64,000 nt of DNA, taken from contig OZ024740.1 in assembly GCA_964016885.1 (NCBI GenBank), forward strand, positions 176,762,001 to 176,826,000, given 5' to 3'. Origin of the DNA: Eledone cirrhosa (Eukaryota). The position numbers and the translations under genes were made by a program. The notes below the pieces were generated by a model. It was not told where the DNA came from and did no database searches. It saw only the letters and a list, made by a program, of their open reading frames with translations. How positions within the stretch are numbered: the stretch's first letter is position 1; each line of letters begins with the position of its first letter. Shown one piece after another: positions 1 through 9,562 of the stretch.

Positions 1-13
1 ATCACAAGATACG

Positions 14-20
14 TATAAAA
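14..20 (+). promoter_or_regulatory. TATA-like element upstream of Val-CAC (all units)
   Basis: TATAAAA at -38..-32 from the tRNA 5' end; position is compatible with TFIIIB, but the background is AT-rich. Confidence 0.3.
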
Positions 21-51
21 GAAAGTTATTCGATATCGAGAAAAGGAAATT

Positions 52-124
52 GGTTCCATAGTGTAGTGGTTATCACGTCTGCTTCACACGCGGATGGCCG
101 CGAGTTCGAAACTCGCTGGACCCT
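52..124 (+). tRNA. trnV: tRNA-Val(CAC), unit 1
   Basis: Cloverleaf, anticodon CAC at 85-87; T3.C70 acceptor mismatch. Confidence 0.7.
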
Positions 125-132
125 TTATTACA

Positions 133-277
133 ATATTTTTAATCTACAGTAGCTCTTCTAATTGATGAGTACCCATATAATTTTAATCTACACTAGCTCT
201 TCTAAGACATGAGTGCCCATATAATTTTAAATTACACCAAGTCTTTCAAGCCATCAGTGTCCATATACTTGTCAATC
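133..277 (+). repeat. 44-bp minisatellite, 3 copies plus a partial copy (every unit; 2 copies in units 31-32)
   Basis: ATA(T/A)TTTTAA(TC/AT)TACA...CCAT at 133, 177, 221. Confidence 0.9.
136..140 (+). terminator. Pol III oligo-T terminator for Val-CAC (representative)
   Basis: T5 run 12 nt after the gene. Confidence 0.55.
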
Positions 278-337
278 AATAATACAGATTAATGTCAGTA
301 AATGCGTTTAAAATTATGTGAGAAAGTGACTAGTTTT

Positions 338-410
338 GCTTACATAGTTTAGTGATTACCACGCCAGATTCACAAGCAGGTGATCGCGATTCCGAAACTT
401 TCTGTAATTC
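338..410 (+). pseudogene. Decayed tRNA-Val(CAC) relic (representative; in every unit)
   Basis: GCTTACA TA GTTT AGTGATTAC CAC G CCAGA TT CAC AA GCAGG TGATC GCGAT TCCGAAA CTTTC TGTAATT aligns without gaps to the CAC gene; stems are broken. Confidence 0.85.
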
Positions 411-886
411 TTGTTTCAATTAAAAACAAACTCCAGTTGTGTCATGATCCTTAGATGCTTAAATATTTTTCCATCTATCAACACGGTAGCTTCAATGTGC
501 AGTGGTGTATATTTTATCCTATACTAGATTTGGGCCGACTTGTGCCATACAACAGTACTGAAGTATTTCCTAAATATATATAAGCGCTAATTAAATTTAG
601 ATTGTTAATGAACTGCTTCCAAATTTCCTCATCATGAAACCAAACGATGGCTTATTACCAAATAAAGCCTTATTAAACATGTTTACATGTCCAGTAAATT
701 AGTGAAAGATGTATAAATGTAGAGGTAGCTGATTAGCCATGTAAATACTACGTTATGAACGATTTTATATATTTAGCATCTACGTCAAGAACTTTGTTTA
801 ACGCATGTCAGCCTAGTTTCAGCATTGGTAAAGTATGTAGCAATGGATATTGACATTGGCAAGGATATGATCAGGAGAAATATCTG

Positions 887-894
887 AAAAAAAA
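887..894 (-). terminator. Pol III oligo-T terminator for Val-TAC (representative)
   Basis: A8 on + (T8 on -) about 10 nt after the gene 3' end. Confidence 0.75.
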
Positions 895-903
895 GGAGTG
901 TCA

Positions 904-976
904 AAGTTGCAGCATGTTTCGAACTCACGACTATCTGCGTGTAAAGGAGATATGAGAACCACTACACCATGGAACC
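904..976 (-). pseudogene. trnV: tRNA-Val(TAC), damaged allele, unit 1
   Basis: TAC loop; lesions in anticodon stem, A21 and acceptor stem. Confidence 0.7.
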
Positions 977-1094
977 ACAGACTTGTTTTAGAACAAATAT
1001 TGCCTCAATACATTTACATTTTATCAATTATGCTGAATTGAAACAAATGTAAATGTATTTGATAAGACAATGTTTCTTCTTTCATTCTTCATCT

Positions 1095-1167
1095 GGTTCC
1101 ATGGTGTAGTGGTTATCACATCTGCTTAACACGCAGAAGGTCGTGAGTTCGAAACTCGCTGGAACCT
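1095..1167 (+). tRNA. trnV: tRNA-Val(AAC), unit 1
   Basis: GGTTCCA/TGGAACC acceptor, TCTGC-TTAACAC-GCAGA, GTTCGAAAC; intact. Confidence 0.9.
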
Positions 1168-1176
1168 CCAATTATC

Positions 1177-1183
1177 TTTTTTT
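1177..1183 (+). terminator. Pol III oligo-T terminator for Val-AAC (representative)
   Basis: T7 run 10 nt after the gene. Confidence 0.75.
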
Positions 1184-1476
1184 CTTTTACTTCTATTTCA
1201 TTTTGTGTTGTGTTTGATAGAATCTCACATATTTCTTCTGACTATCTCCTCGACAATTTCTATATCCAGTACTGTATATTTTACCTTACATATGCTGGAA
1301 CTCTGCTGACCTGTGTTTTACAAAAGTACTTGACGTAGATTCGAAATATTAATAACCAATCATTATATAGTATTTATATTGTTAATCAATTGCTTCCAAA
1401 TTTATACAAGTTTCACTAAATTAACAGAAATATAAACGTGTTTCATAATGCAATATACGTTAGGAAGCAACCGTTT

Positions 1477-1550
1477 GATACAATGTTGTAGTGTGTATCT
1501 CATTTGCAAAAAACACGAGATGATCGCGGATTCGACATTCGCAGCAAACA
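1477..1550 (+). pseudogene. Second decayed tRNA-Val relic (representative; in every unit)
   Basis: GATACAATGTTGTAGTGTGTATCTCATTTGC...TGATCGCGGATTCGA(A/C)ATTCGCAGCAAAC aligns to GGTTCCATGGTGTAGTGGTTATCACATCTGC...GGTCGTGAGTTCGAAACTCGCTGGAACC; anticodon loop eroded. Confidence 0.75.
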
Positions 1551-1937
1551 CTCTTAATTTTCAATCTGAATAAATAATATATTTATTTACATTTTTCATA
1601 TCTTGCGTCATTTTAGTTGTTAATGAGGATTGAATATTTTAAAGTTATTGAAAAACACATGTTATACAGTAGGTTTGAAAACAAAATATATTTGTTCCTA
1701 TGTTCCAGAATAGAACATATTTGTAGAAATGATTGCCTAAATATGTCCGACCATGTGCTAAACAATGACAATCATAATTTAGAAAGAAATTGCTCCTTAT
1801 AAACTTATTTAGTTTGATAATCTTCAAACAAGCTTTTTTCTGTGTAGATTGTACATGTAAGTATTAGTGAAGTGAAATATTTCAAAATCACAAGATACGT
1901 ATAAAAGAAAGTTATTCGATATCGAGAAAAGGAAATT

Positions 1938-2010
1938 GGTTCCATAGTGTAGTGGTTATCACGTCTGCTTCACACGCGGAAGGTCGCGAGTTCGAAACTC
2001 GCTGGAGCCC
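1938..2010 (+). tRNA. trnV: tRNA-Val(CAC), unit 2
   Basis: Intact cloverleaf. Confidence 0.85.
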
Positions 2011-2788
2011 TTATTACAATATTTTAATCTACAGTAGCTCTTCTAATTCATGAGTGCCCATATCATTTTAATCTACACTAGCTCTTCTAAGACATGAGTG
2101 CCCATATAATTTTAAATTACACTAGGTCTTTCAAGCGATCAGTGTCCATATATTTGTCAATCAATAATACAGATTAATGTCAGTAAATGCGTTTAAAATT
2201 ATGTGAGAAAGTGACTAGTTTTGCTTACATAGTTTAGTGATTACCACGCCAGATTCACAAGCAGGAGATCGCGATTCCGAAACTTTCTGTAATTCTTGTT
2301 TCAATTAAAAACAATCTCCAGTTGTGTCATGATCCTTAGATGCTTAAATATTTTTCCATCTATCAACACGGTAGCTTCAATGTGCAGTGGTGTATATTTT
2401 ATCCTATACTAGATTTGGGCTGACTTGTGCCATACAACAGTACTGAAGTATTTCCTAAATATATATAACCGCTAATTAAATTTAGATTGTTAATGAACTG
2501 CTTCCAAATTTCCTCATCATGAAACCAATCGATGGCTTATTACCAAATATAGCCTTATTAAACATGTTTACATGTCCAGTAAATTAGTGAAAGATGTATA
2601 AATGTAGAGGTAGCTGATTAGCCATGTAAATACTACGTTATGAACGATTTTATATATTTAGCATCTACGTCAAGAACTTTGTTTAACGCATGTCAGCCTA
2701 GTTTCAGCATTGGTAAAGTATGTAGCAATGGATATTGACATTGGCAAGGATATGATCAGGAGAAATATCTGAAAAAAAAGGAGTGTCA

Positions 2789-2861
2789 AAGTTCCAGCAT
2801 GTTTCGAACTCACGACCATCTGCGTGTAAAGCAGATATGATAACCGCTACACCATTGAACC
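2789..2861 (-). tRNA. trnV: tRNA-Val(TAC), unit 2
   Basis: TAC loop; C6A acceptor mismatch, weak T-stem. Confidence 0.55.
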
Positions 2862-2979
2862 ACAGACTTGTTTTAGAACAAATATTGCCTCAATACATTT
2901 ACATTTTATCAATTATGCTGAATTGAAACAAATGTAAATGTATTTGATAAGACAATGTTTCTTCTTTCATTCTTCATCT

Positions 2980-3052
2980 GGTTCCATGGTGTAGTGGTTA
3001 TCACATCTGCTTAACACGCAGAAGGTCGTGAGTTCGAAACTCGCTGGAACCT
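2980..3052 (+). tRNA. trnV: tRNA-Val(AAC), unit 2
   Basis: Intact. Confidence 0.9.
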
Positions 3053-3824
3053 TCAATTATCTTTTTTTTTGTTTTACTTCTATTTCATTTTGTGTTGTGT
3101 TTGATAGAATCTCACATATTTCTTCTGACTATCTCCTCGACAATTTCTATATCCAGTACTGTATATTTTACCTTACATATGCTGGAACTCTGCTGACCTG
3201 TGTTTTACAAAAGTACTTGACGTAGATTCGAAATATTAATAACCAATCAATATATAGTATTTATATTGTTAATCAACTGCTTCCAAATTTATACAACTTT
3301 CACTAAATTAACAGAAATATAAACGTGTTTCATAATGCAATATATGTTAGGAAGCAACCGTTTGATACAATGTTGTAGTGTGTATCTCATTTGCAAGAAA
3401 CACGAGATGATCGCGGATTCGAAATTCGCAGCAAACACTCTTAATTTTCAATCTGAATAAATAATATATTTATTTACATTTTTCATACCTTGCGTCATTT
3501 TAGTTGTCAATGAGGATTGAATACTTCAATGTTATTGAAAAACACATGTTATACAGTAGGCTTGAAAATAAAATATATTTGTTCCTATGTTCCAGAATAG
3601 AACATATTTGTAGAAATGATTGCCTAAATATGTCCAACCATGTGCTAAACAATGACAATCATAATTTAGAAAGAAATTGCTCTTTATAAACATATTTAGT
3701 TTGATAATCTACACACAAGCCTTTTTCTGTGTAGATTGTACATATAAATATTAGTGAAGTGAAATATTTCAAAATCACAAGATACGTATAAAAGAAAGTT
3801 ATTCGATATCGAGAAAAGGAAATT

Positions 3825-3897
3825 GGTTCCATAGTGTAGTGGTTATCACGTCTGCTTCACACGCGGAAGGTCGCGAGTTCGAGACTCGCTCGAGACT
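3825..3897 (+). pseudogene. trnV: tRNA-Val(CAC), broken acceptor, unit 3
   Basis: 3' strand TCGAGAC gives two mismatches. Confidence 0.65.
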
Positions 3898-4677
3898 TTA
3901 TTAATATATTTTTACTCTACAGTAGCTCTTCTAATTCCTGAGTACCCATATAATTTTAATCTACACTAGCTCTTCTAAGACATGAGTGCCCATATAATTT
4001 TAAATTACACTAGGTCTTTCAAGCCATCAGTGTCCATATATTTGTCAATCAATAATACAGATTAATGTCAGTAAATGCGTTTAAAATTATGTGAGAAAGT
4101 GACTAGTTTTGCTTACATAGTTTAGTGATTACCACAACAGATTCACAAGCAGGAGATCGCGATTCCGAAACTTTCTGTAATTCTTGTTTCAATTAAAAAC
4201 AATCTCCAGTTGTGTCATGATCCTTAGATGCTTAAATATTTTTCCATCTATCAACACGGTAGCTTCAATGTGCAGTGGTGTATATTTTATCCTATACTAG
4301 ATTTGGGCTGACTTGTGCCATACAACAGTACTGAAGTATTTCCTAAATATATATAACCGCTAATTAAATTTAGATTGTTAATGAACTGCTTCCAAATTTC
4401 CTCATCATGACACCAAACGATGGCTTATTACCAAATATAGCCTTATTAAACATGTTTACATGTCCAGTAAATTAGTGAAAGATGTATAAATGTAGAGGTA
4501 GCTGATTAGCCATGTAAATACTACGTTATGAACGATTTTATATATTTAGCATCTACGTCAAGAACTTTGTTTAACGCACATCAGCCTAGTTTCAGCATTG
4601 GTAAAGTATGTAGCAATGGATATTGACATTGGCAAGGAAATGATCAGCAGAAATATCTGAAAAAAAAAGGAGTGTCA

Positions 4678-4750
4678 AAGTTCCAGCATGTTTCGAACTC
4701 ACGACCATCTGCGTGTAAAGCAGATATGATAACCACTACACCATTGAACC
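4678..4750 (-). tRNA. trnV: tRNA-Val(TAC), unit 3
   Basis: C6A mismatch, weak T-stem. Confidence 0.55.
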
Positions 4751-4868
4751 ACAGACTTGCTTTAGAACAAATATTGCCTCAATACATTTACATGTTATCA
4801 ATTATGCTGAATTGAAACAAATGTAAATATATTTGGTAAGACAATGTTTCTTCATTCATTCTTCATCT

Positions 4869-4941
4869 GGTTCCATGGTGTAGTGGTTATCACATCTGCT
4901 TAACACGCAGAAGGTCGTGAGTTCGCAACTCGCTGGAACCT
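4869..4941 (+). tRNA. trnV: tRNA-Val(AAC), unit 3
   Basis: A58C B-box lesion. Confidence 0.7.
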
Positions 4942-5713
4942 TCAATTATCTTTTTTTTTGTTTTACTTCTATTTCATTTTGTGTTGTGTTTGATAGAATC
5001 TCACATATTTCTTCTGACTATCTCCTCGACAATTTCTATATCCAGTAATGTATATTTTACCTTACATATGCTGGAACTCTGCTGACCTGTGTTTTACAAA
5101 AGTACTTGACGTAGATTCGAAATATTAATAACCAATCAATATATAGTATTTATATTGTTAATCAACTGCTTCCAAATTTATACAACTTTCACTAAATTAA
5201 CAGAAATATAAACGTGTTTCATAATGCAATATATGTTAGGAAGCAACCGTTTGATACAATGTTGTAGTGTGTATCTCATTTGCAAGAAACACGAGATGAT
5301 CGCGGATTCGAAATTCGCAGCAAACACTCTTAATTTTCAATCTGAATAAATAATATATTTATTTACATTTTTCATACCTTGCGTCATTTTAGTTGTCAAT
5401 GAGGATTGAATACTTCAATGTTATTGAAAAACACATGTTATACAGTAGGCTTGAAAATAAAATATATTTGTTCCTATGTTCCAGAATAGAACATATTTGT
5501 AGAAATGATTGCCTAAATATGTCCAACCATGTGCTAAACAATGACAATCATAATTTAGAAAGAAATTGCTCTTTATAAACATATTTAGTTTGATAATCTA
5601 CACACAAGCCTTTTTCTGTGTAGATTGTACATATAAATATTAGTGAAGTGAAATATTTCAAAATCACAAGATACGTATAAAAGAAAGTTATTCGATATCG
5701 AGAAAAGGAAATT

Positions 5714-5786
5714 GGTTCCATAGTGTAGTGGTTATCACGTCTGCTTCACACGCGGAAGGTCGCGAGTTCGAGACTCGCTCGAGACT
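5714..5786 (+). pseudogene. trnV: tRNA-Val(CAC), broken acceptor, unit 4
   Basis: TCGAGAC 3' strand. Confidence 0.65.
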
Positions 5787-6565
5787 TTATTAATATATTT
5801 TTACTCTACAGTAGCTCTTCTAATTCCTGAGTACCCATATAATTTTAATCTACACTAGCTCTTCTAAGACATGAGTGCCCATATAATTTTAATTTACACT
5901 AGGTCTTTCAAGCCATCAGTGTCCATATATTTGTCAATCAATAATACAGATTAATGTCAGTAAATGCGTTTAAAATTATGTGAGAAAGTGACTAGTTTTG
6001 CTTACATAGTTTAGTGATTACCACAACAGATTCACAAGCAGGAGATCGCGATTCCGAAACTTTCTGTAATTCTTGTTTCAATTAAAAACAATCTCCAGTT
6101 GTGTCATGATCCTTAGATGCTTAAATATTTTTCCATCTATCAACACGGTAGCTTCAATGTGCAGTGGTGTATATTTTATCCTATACTAGATTTGGGCTGA
6201 CTTGTGCCATACAACAGTACTGAAGTATTTCCTAAATATATATAACCGCTAATTAAATTTAGATTGTTAATGAACTGCTTCCAAATTTCCTCATCATGAA
6301 ACCAAACGATGGCTTATTACCAAATATAGCCTTATTAAACATGTTTACATGTCCAGTAAATTAGTGAAAGATGTATAAATGTAGAGGTAGCTGATTAGCC
6401 ATGTAAATACTACGTTATGAACGATTTTATATATTTAGCATCTACGTCAAGAACTTTGTTTAACGCACATCAGCCTAGTTTCAGCATTGGTAAAGTATGT
6501 AGCAATGGATATTGACATTGGCAAGGAAATGATCAGCAGAAATATCTGAAAAAAAAGGAGTGTCA

Positions 6566-6638
6566 AAGTTCCAGCATGTTTCGAACTCACGACCATCTGC
6601 GTGTAAAGCAGATATGATAACCACTACACCATTGAACC
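6566..6638 (-). tRNA. trnV: tRNA-Val(TAC), unit 4
   Basis: C6A mismatch, weak T-stem. Confidence 0.55.
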
Positions 6639-6756
6639 ACAGACTTGTTTTAGAACAAATATTGCCTCAATACATTTACATGTTATCAATTATGCTGAAT
6701 TGAAACAAATGTAAATGTATTTGGTAAGACAATGTTTCTTCATTCATTCTTCATCT

Positions 6757-6829
6757 GGTTCCATGGTGTAGTGGTTATCACATCTGCTTAACACGCAGAA
6801 GGTCGTGAGTTCGAAACTCGCTGGTACCT
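6757..6829 (+). tRNA. trnV: tRNA-Val(AAC), unit 4
   Basis: T4.T69 mismatch. Confidence 0.8.
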
Positions 6830-7600
6830 TCAATTATCTTTTTTTTGTTTTACTTCTATTTCATTTTGTGTTGTGTTTGATAGAATCTCACATATTTCTT
6901 CTGACTATCTCCTCGACAATTTCTATATCCAGTACTGTATATTTTACCTTACATATGCTGGAACTCTGCTGACCTGTGTTTTACAAAAGTACTTGACGTA
7001 GATTCGAAATATTAATAACCAATCAATATATAGTATTTATATTGTTAATCAACTGCTTCCAAATTTATACAACTTTCACTAAATTAACAGAAATATAAAC
7101 GTGTTTCATAATGCAATATATGTTAGGAAGCAACCGTTTGATACAATGTTGTAGTGCGTATCTCATTTGCAAGAAACACGAGATGATCGCGGATTCGAAA
7201 TTCGCAGCAAACACTCTTAATTTTCAATCTGAATAAATAATATATTTATTTACATTTTTCATACATTGCGTCATTTTAGTTGTCAATGAGGATTGAATAC
7301 TTCAATGTTATTGAAAAACACATGTTATACAGTAGGCTTGAAAATAAAATATATTTGTTCCTATGTTCCAGAATAGAACATATTTGTAGAAATGATTGCC
7401 TAAATATGTCCAACCATGTGCTAAACAATGACAATCATAATTTAGAAAGAAATTGCTCTTTATAAACATATTTAGTTTGATAATCTACACACAAGCCTTT
7501 TTCTGTGTAGATTGTACATATAAATATTAGTGAAGTGAAATATTTCAAAATCACAAGATACGTATAAAAGAAAGTTATTCGATATCGAGAAAAGGAAATT

Positions 7601-7673
7601 GGTTCCATAGTGTAGTGGTTATGACGTCTGCTTCACACGCGGAAGGTCGCGAGTTCGAGACTCGCTCGAGACT
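7601..7673 (+). pseudogene. trnV: tRNA-Val(CAC), broken acceptor, unit 5
   Basis: TCGAGAC plus D-stem C23G. Confidence 0.7.
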
Positions 7674-8452
7674 TTATTAATATATTTTTACACTACAGTA
7701 GCTCTTCTAATTCCTGAGTACCCATATAATTTTAATCTACACTAGCTCTTCTAAGACATGAGTGCCCATATAATTTTAAATTACACTAGGTCTTTCAAGC
7801 CATCAGTGTCCATATATTTGTCAATCAATAATACAGATTAATGTCAGTAAATGCGTTTAAAATTATGTGAGAAAGTGACTAGTTTTGCTTACATAGTTTA
7901 GTGATTACCACAACAGATTCACAAGCAGGAGATCGCGATTCCGAAACTTTCTGTAATTCTTGTTTCAATTAAAAACAATCTCCAGTTGTGTCATGATCCT
8001 TAGATGCTTAAATATTTTTCCATCTATCAACACGGTAGCTTCAATGTGCAGTGGTGTATATTTTATCCTATACTAGATTTGGGCCGACTTGTGCCATACA
8101 ACAGTACTGAAGTATTTCCTAAATATATATAACCGCTAATAAAATTTAGATTGTTAATGAACTGCTTCCAAATTTCCTCATCATGAAACCAAACGATGGC
8201 ATATTACCAAATATAGCCTTATTAAACATGTTTACATGTGCAGTAAATTAGTGAAAGATGTATAAATGTAGAGGTAGCTGATTAGCCATGTAAATACTAC
8301 GTTATGAACGATTTTATATATTTAGCGTCTACGTCAAGAACTTTGTTTAACGCACATCAGCCTAGTTTCAGCATTGGTAAAGTATGTAGCAATGGATATT
8401 GACATTGGCAAGGAAATGATCAGCAGAAATATCTGAAAAAAAAGGAGTGTCA

Positions 8453-8525
8453 AAGTTCCAGCATGTTTCGAACTCACGACCATCTGCGTGTAAAGCAGAT
8501 ATGATAACCACTACACCATGGAACC
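8453..8525 (-). tRNA. trnV: tRNA-Val(TAC), unit 5
   Basis: Array-consensus TAC copy; weak T-stem. Confidence 0.7.
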
Positions 8526-8643
8526 ACAGACTTGTTTTCGGACAAATATTGCCTCAATACATTTACATTTTATCAATTTTGCTGAATTGAAACAAATGTA
8601 AATATATTTGATCAGACAATGTTTCTTGTTTCATTCTTCATCT

Positions 8644-8716
8644 GGTTCCATGGTGTAGTGGTTATCACATCTGCTTAACACGCAGAAGGTCGTGAGTTCG
8701 AAATTCGCTGGAACCT
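8644..8716 (+). tRNA. trnV: tRNA-Val(AAC), unit 5
   Basis: C61T. Confidence 0.78.
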
Positions 8717-9489
8717 TCAATTATCTTTTTTTTTGTTTTACTTCTATTTGATTTTGTGTTGTGTTTGATAGAATCTCACATATTTCTTCTGACTATCTCC
8801 TCGACAATTTCTATATCCAGTACTGTATATTTTACCTATCATATGCTGGAACTCTGGTGCCCTGTGTTTTACAAAAGTACTTGACGTAGATTCGAAATAT
8901 TAATAACCAATCATTATATAGTATTTATATTGTTAATCAATTGCTTCCAAATTTATACAAGTTTCACTAAATTAACAGAAATATAATCGTGTTTCATAAT
9001 GCAATATACGTTAGGAAGCAACCGTTTGATACAATGTTGTAGTGTGTATCTCATTTGCAAAAAACACGAGATGATCGCGGATTCGAAATTCGCAGCAAAC
9101 ACTCTTAATTTTCAATCTGAATAAATAATATATTTATTTACATTTTTCATATCTTGCGTCATTTTAGTTGTCAATGAGGATTGAATACTTTTAACGTTAT
9201 TGAAAAACACATGTTATACAGTAGGTTTGAAAATAAAATATATTTGTTCCTATGTTCCAGAATAGAACATATTTGTAGAAATGATTGCCTAAATATGTCC
9301 GACCATGTGCTAAACAATGACAATCATAATTTAGAAAGAAATTGCTCCTTATAAACTTATTTAGTTTGATAATCTTCACACAAGCTTTTTTCTGTGTAGA
9401 TTGTACATGTAAGTATTAGTGAAGTGAAATATTTCAAAATCACAAGATACGTATAAAAGAAAGTTATTCGATATCGAGAAAAGGAAATT

Positions 9490-9562
9490 GGTTCCATAGT
9501 GTAGTGATTATCACGTCTGCTTCACACGCGGATGGTCGCGAGTTGGAAACTCGCTGGACCCT
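9490..9562 (+). pseudogene. trnV: tRNA-Val(CAC), A/B-box mutant, unit 6
   Basis: G19A, C56G, acceptor mismatch. Confidence 0.7.

Larger units (their letters stand above)
627..1490. repeat. Degenerate inverted duplication centred at ~1033 (representative; every unit)
   Basis: Reverse complement of 627-1029 aligns to 1036-1490, including both tRNAs and spacer blocks such as CTTGACGTAGAT, ATTTATACA..TTTCACTAA and CGTTTG. Confidence 0.88.

Noticed and set aside
133-277. CRISPR-like array
   Set aside because: The 44-bp copies are contiguous with no unique spacers, and there are no cas genes.
1338-1347. Extra B-box-like GATTCGAAAT in the spacer
   Set aside because: Lacks G53 and C61 of the B-box consensus, has no A-box, and the homologous spacer copies do not retain it.
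1095-1476. tRNA-derived SINE as the monomer
   Set aside because: Genes are full cloverleaves followed at once by oligo-T terminators; no poly-A tail, target-site duplication or LINE-like 3' end seen. Not fully excluded without a genome-wide search for dispersed copies.
3028-3225. 65 aa ORF MSSKLAG...
   Set aside because: Starts at a GTG inside the tRNA T-arm and depends on the length of the terminator T-run.
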